A DNA stretch of 62,761 nt, from NCBI GenBank assembly GCA_964639195.1, contig CAZXCS010000001.1, positions 1 to 62,761 of the forward strand, in the 5' to 3' direction. A program made the position numbers and the translations under genes. Origin of the DNA: an uncultured Candidatus Saccharibacteria bacterium. Its GTDB lineage: Bacteria; Patescibacteriota; Saccharimonadia; Saccharimonadales; UBA4665. Under the pieces are notes generated by a model. The model searched no databases, was not told the DNA's origin, and worked only from the letters and a program-made list of their open reading frames with translations. Each line of letters begins with the position of its first letter. Within the stretch, counting starts at the first letter, position 1. Of this stretch, positions 59,685 to 62,761 are shown in pieces.

Positions 59685-61388
59685 ATGACCGATCTTGAGA
59701 TTCCATTTGAGGAAGACCGCAAGGGCCACTACCGATTCTTTGAAATCCTGCCTGGCGCACTGAGCTGGACGCTGCTTTTCACACCGCTAATCCTCAGTTA
59801 TTTCAATGTCACGATCAACTCTATCACCATAAACTTGGCGGTTATTTTTATCCTGTTTTATCTGCTGGTTTTCTTCGTCCGGGGGACGGCCTATGCCGTC
59901 CGTGCCCTCGCCGGCTTCCGTGCTATGCGGCAGCAGCTCAAGCTGGACTGGAACGGTCTGGCGGCCGATGTCGATGCCGGTGCCGTGACTGGGGCGGGGA
60001 TTGATCGCCCGCGTTGGCACCTCAAGAATTTACGGCTACTTGGCAACCGTGAACGAGCCTTCAGGCCGAGCGAACTGACCCACGCGGTCATTATTGCCAC
60101 CGTCAATGAGAGCCGTGAGATCCTGGAGCCGACCATCCAGGCCATCCTCGACAATGATTTCGACGCTAAACGGGTTATCCTGGTGATCGCTTACGAAGCC
60201 CGGGCCGGCCGTCCGGCCGAAGAGCGGGTGAATGACCTTTTGGAAGCTTACGGCGACCGTTTCCGGCGTGCCATGGCTGTCAAGCACCCGACCGGCCTGA
60301 AGAATGAGATCGTCGGCAAAGGCGCCAATATCACCTACGCCGGCCGGCAGTTGCAGAAATATCTGGCGCACGAAGGGCTGGATCCGCAGAAGGTGATTGT
60401 CACCACGCTTGACTCCGACAACCGGCCGGACAGGCGCTATTTCGCCGCGCTGAGCTATCTCTATTGCGTCGTGCCCAGGCCGCTCCAGGCGTCATACCAG
60501 CCTCTGCCGATGTTTACCAACAACATCTGGGACGCGCCGACGCTGATGCGGGTCATCGCCACCGGTAACAATCTGTTTTACATCGTCGGTACGCAGCGCT
60601 TGCACATGATCCGCAATTTTTCGGCCCACGCCCAGCCGATGAGTGCCCTGATCGACATGGATTTCTGGAGCCGGCGCACCATCGTCGAAGATGGCCACCA
60701 CTTCTGGCGCTCGTATTTCCGCTACGACGGCGACTACCGGGTTTACCCCTTGAGCATCCCGATTTACCAGGACGCGGTGCTGGCCGACGGCTATCTGCGC
60801 ACCATCCAGGCCCAGTTCAAACAGTTGCGCCGCTGGACCTACGGTGCGTCGGATATCGCCTATATAGCCGATAAGGGTTTCTGGCATGACAATAAAGCTC
60901 CCAAAGCCGATGTACTCGCTAAATTACTCCGAAGCATTGAGGGTCATGTCACTTGGGCAACCGGGGCGCTCATTGTGCTCGCGGCCAGTCGGTTACCCTT
61001 TTACGTACAACCCCAGAATCTCGGTACCAATGTACTGCCAATCCTGGTGAGCAATATCCAACGCGCCGGCATACTGGGTCTGCTCATCCTCATCTATATC
61101 TCATTGCTAACCTTACCGCCGCGGCCAGCGCGCTATCGTCGTCATCGATCGATACTTATGCTTTGGCAATGGGTGCTTGTGCCGGTCACCAGCATCGGCT
61201 TTGGCTCGCTGGCGGCGTTTAACTCCCAGACACGCCTAATGTTCAAGCGCTATCTGTCGAAGTTTGATATTACAGAAAAGGCAAGTGTTGACGCCAGCGG
61301 GCGACGGACGAGTACCCAGGCCGACCCCAGTAAAAAAGTACCTGTCGGCCGCCTCAAGCGGCATCTGGCATTCCGCAAGTCGCGTTAG
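59685..61388 (+). CDS. membrane-embedded family-2 glycosyltransferase of the processive (QxxRW) type
   Basis: VIIATVNES, the DxD-type TTLDSDN and the QxxRW motif QLRRWTYGASD are present, with N- and C-terminal TM segments. Confidence 0.75.
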   Translation: MTDLEIPFEEDRKGHYRFFEILPGALSWTLLFTPLILSYFNVTINSITINLAVIFILFYLLVFFVRGTAYAVRALAGFRAMRQQLKLDWNGLAADVDAGAVTGAGIDRPRWHLKNLRLLGNRERAFRPSELTHAVIIATVNESREILEPTIQAILDNDFDAKRVILVIAYEARAGRPAEERVNDLLEAYGDRFRRAMAVKHPTGLKNEIVGKGANITYAGRQLQKYLAHEGLDPQKVIVTTLDSDNRPDRRYFAALSYLYCVVPRPLQASYQPLPMFTNNIWDAPTLMRVIATGNNLFYIVGTQRLHMIRNFSAHAQPMSALIDMDFWSRRTIVEDGHHFWRSYFRYDGDYRVYPLSIPIYQDAVLADGYLRTIQAQFKQLRRWTYGASDIAYIADKGFWHDNKAPKADVLAKLLRSIEGHVTWATGALIVLAASRLPFYVQPQNLGTNVLPILVSNIQRAGILGLLILIYISLLTLPPRPARYRRHRSILMLWQWVLVPVTSIGFGSLAAFNSQTRLMFKRYLSKFDITEKASVDASGRRTSTQADPSKKVPVGRLKRHLAFRKSR

Positions 61389-61786
61389 CGGTGGAGCGCA
61401 GCGTAGCGGACAGCGGCAGCTTTATCAAAGCGGCTGAGCACCACTTGGGCTGTGCGGGTGATCGTAACCGCTTCTACTTGACTGCGGTGAACCTCAGGGC
61501 GCAGCTTGTTTATAACCGTGTCTGTAAGCGCTCCAGCGTCGCCTACAGCCGTTTCTCGGTGATGACAGCTGTCATACAAGCTTAAGAAGAGTTTATCGCG
61601 GCTGAAGGCCTCTGTACGCCCTGAACCATCTCGCACCAGCCATTCTGCCTGGAAATCAGGGGATTCGGTGGTGCTGAAGATCGCTTGGCAGTCACGGCAT
61701 TTGCGCCGTCGCCATACGTGATCAGTCCGTTTCTGCAGCCGGGAGTTAATAACGTCCGTTTTGTCGCCACAATGTATGCAAACCAT
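61385..61786 (-). CDS. nrdR: transcriptional repressor NrdR
   Basis: A zinc ribbon (CIHCG..(x)..CRDC) and an ATP-cone-like remainder are present. At 133 aa it is short. Confidence 0.88.
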   Translation of the reverse strand: MVCIHCGDKTDVINSRLQKRTDHVWRRRKCRDCQAIFSTTESPDFQAEWLVRDGSGRTEAFSRDKLFLSLYDSCHHRETAVGDAGALTDTVINKLRPEVHRSQVEAVTITRTAQVVLSRFDKAAAVRYAALHR

Positions 61787-62190
61787 GCCAACATATTGTC
61801 ATAAGGCAATTAAAAAAGCCAGTGTAAAACTTGGGTATAAAGTAAAAATCCCGACTCCTTGGGAGGAAGCCGGGTTATTGTGCGACGCCGGGGTTCCGGG
61901 CTATTTGCTGCTAGCAGTAGCGCGGATGCGGCGGATGCGGTTGAGTTGTGGGTTCGAAGAAATGAGTTCTTCGTAAAATAACTGAAATGCGTCTAAAGCG
62001 CTGGAATTCTTAATACCAGTGAGACCTCCGTTTAAGCAGACAAGTATACACAGCATGGGCCTATAGGTCAACACTCCAGCCGTTTGCACTAATGCATATA
62101 ACAGAGGTGAGATTGTGCCGGGAGCCTTGCTTTTACAGGGGACCTGAGCTATAGTTTTCAGGTATATTGAGCGAGGCAATATGGTTTTGG

Positions 62191-62252
62191 TGATTTAGTT
62201 TCACTACTGACGCTTCGCTCGAGTCGACAGAAAATGCCCGCCGGGCATTTCT
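62191..62252 (+). repeat. tRNA-proximal conserved module, copy 2, abutting tRNA-Val
   Basis: TGATTTAGTTTCACTACTGACGCTTCGCTCGAGTCGACAGAAAATGCCCGCCGGGCATTTCT. Confidence 0.7.
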
Positions 62253-62329
62253 GGGCTCTTAGCTCATTTGGCTAGAGCGCTTCCTTGACGTGGAAGAGGT
62301 GAGAGGTTCGAATCCTCTAGAGCCCACCA
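62253..62329 (+). tRNA. tRNA-Val (anticodon GAC), CCA encoded
   Basis: Folds as GGGCTCT-TA-GCTC-ATTTGGCTA-GAGC-G-CTTCC-TTGACGT-GGAAG-AGGTG-AGAGG-TTCGAAT-CCTCT-AGAGCCC-A-CCA. Confidence 0.92.
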
Positions 62330-62361
62330 ACTTGAATGAAACCCCGGCCCGACCGTAACAT

Positions 62362-62386
62362 CCACCCCTAAATAAGGGGTGTTTTA
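62362..62386 (+). terminator. intrinsic terminator after tRNA-Val
   Basis: The stem is CACCCCT-AAATA-AGGGGTG, followed by TTTTAA. Confidence 0.6.
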
Positions 62387-62511
62387 ATGTAAAGACAGCG
62401 ATCAACGCCACGCATGATATTAAACTGGGAAAAGTTTTCCCCAGCTAAAAGTGTAGGAATTACAGCATAAATAGGCTGGCCTTATAATACTAGCCCTGCT
62501 ATGATAGTCCT

Positions 62512-62597
62512 CACAGGTGAAGTTTTGCCGAGATTGTTTTCTCGACGAAACCGTCGAAAGGGTTGAATGTCATTGCGAGTACATTCAACCCTTTTTT
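62512..62597 (+). ncRNA. candidate small RNA of about 85 nt (function unknown)
   Basis: An extended -10 (TGCTATGAT, 62497-62505) lies upstream. An internal hairpin TCGACG-AAAC-CGTCGA and the terminator at 62560-62597 follow. No ORF closes before the terminator. Confidence 0.4.
62560..62597 (+). terminator. strong intrinsic terminator
   Basis: An 11-bp stem, GGGTTGAATGT / ACATTCAACCC, has a 10-nt loop and is followed by TTTTTT. Confidence 0.75.
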
Positions 62598-62761
62598 AGT
62601 ACTGAGACAAACCTGGGGTTCCCTGAGCGCTCGTTGGCGAAGTCGCCCCTTACGGGCAGGCCTGCTGCTCTTTTCCCGGGGCGTAGAATCAGTTATACTT
62701 ATAGTTGAGCAGAGACGTGGCATCACCAACCATGGAGCTCCGTAGGTGTGGCAACGAAGGA

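Noticed and set aside
61789-61802. A possible NrdR box (CAACATATTGTCA) next to the nrdR start.
   Set aside because: It is only a partial, off-centre palindrome, with no second box at the usual spacing of about 31 bp. It sits where the nrdR RBS should be.
61921-61939. A GCGGATGCG GCGGATGCG tandem 9-mer.
   Set aside because: It is a single duplication of a short GC-rich string with no further copies, most likely a trivial slippage product.
61901-62179. A 92-aa TTG-start ORF (minus strand) and the overlapping 71-aa plus-strand ORF (61761-61976) upstream of nrdR.
   Set aside because: Neither has an SD or a -10-to-start arrangement, neither has recognisable motifs, and the two overlap each other. 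Coding status cannot be supported from sequence alone. The 400-nt region is lower in GC and may be regulatory or non-coding.
62600-62761. The start of an rRNA operon or other large structured RNA at the right edge.
   Set aside because: There is no match to 16S or 23S 5' conserved sequences such as AGAGTTTGATC. The fragment is too short to classify.

Overview
Gene-dense, moderately GC-rich bacterial chromosomal segment with about 70 protein genes and 5 tRNAs. No rRNA, CRISPR array, transposase or prophage genes were seen. Most genes are housekeeping: rpoD, polA, fpg, holA, rpsT, truB, rpsO-pnp, family-4 UDG, RNase J, ftsK, rpsF-ssb-rpsR, efp, tlyA, ychF, ndk, nrdR and xerC/D. Accessory genes include kup, a fused otsA-otsB, an MMPL transporter, a DHA2 MFS transporter, a Crp/Fnr regulator and a processive GT2 glycosyltransferase. 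The largest non-housekeeping block (about 37.9-54.4 kb) is a secretin-less type IV pilus locus: pilM-N-O, pilB, pilT, pilC, a major pilin, pilD and four pilin-like genes. Directly upstream of it lies a translationally coupled pair, a membrane-anchored protein and an 1183-aa Cys-repeat secreted giant. The gene content and style suggest a small-genome Patescibacteria/CPR lineage, possibly Saccharibacteria-like: many short orphan membrane proteins, a T4P locus with no pilQ, abutting gene ends, and an archaeal-type UPF0200 kinase. This taxonomic guess is inference only. The observations most worth a second look are these: (1) the giant surface protein and its coupled partner next to the T4P locus; (2) ATT-phased heptad arrays just 5' of the pilB and pilT ribosome-binding sites; (3) a conserved promoter-plus-hairpin module abutting tRNA genes, with partial duplications of tRNA 3' ends after tRNA-Arg and tRNA-Thr; (4) two orphan genes with near-perfect consensus promoters, one interleaved with three GTTGTAA repeats; (5) many starts in a leaderless-type arrangement; (6) a CRP-type palindrome beside the Crp/Fnr gene; (7) a candidate small RNA near the right edge. 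I found no unambiguous novel multi-gene system such as a defence island. All calls rest on reading the sequence and ORF translations, with no database searches.
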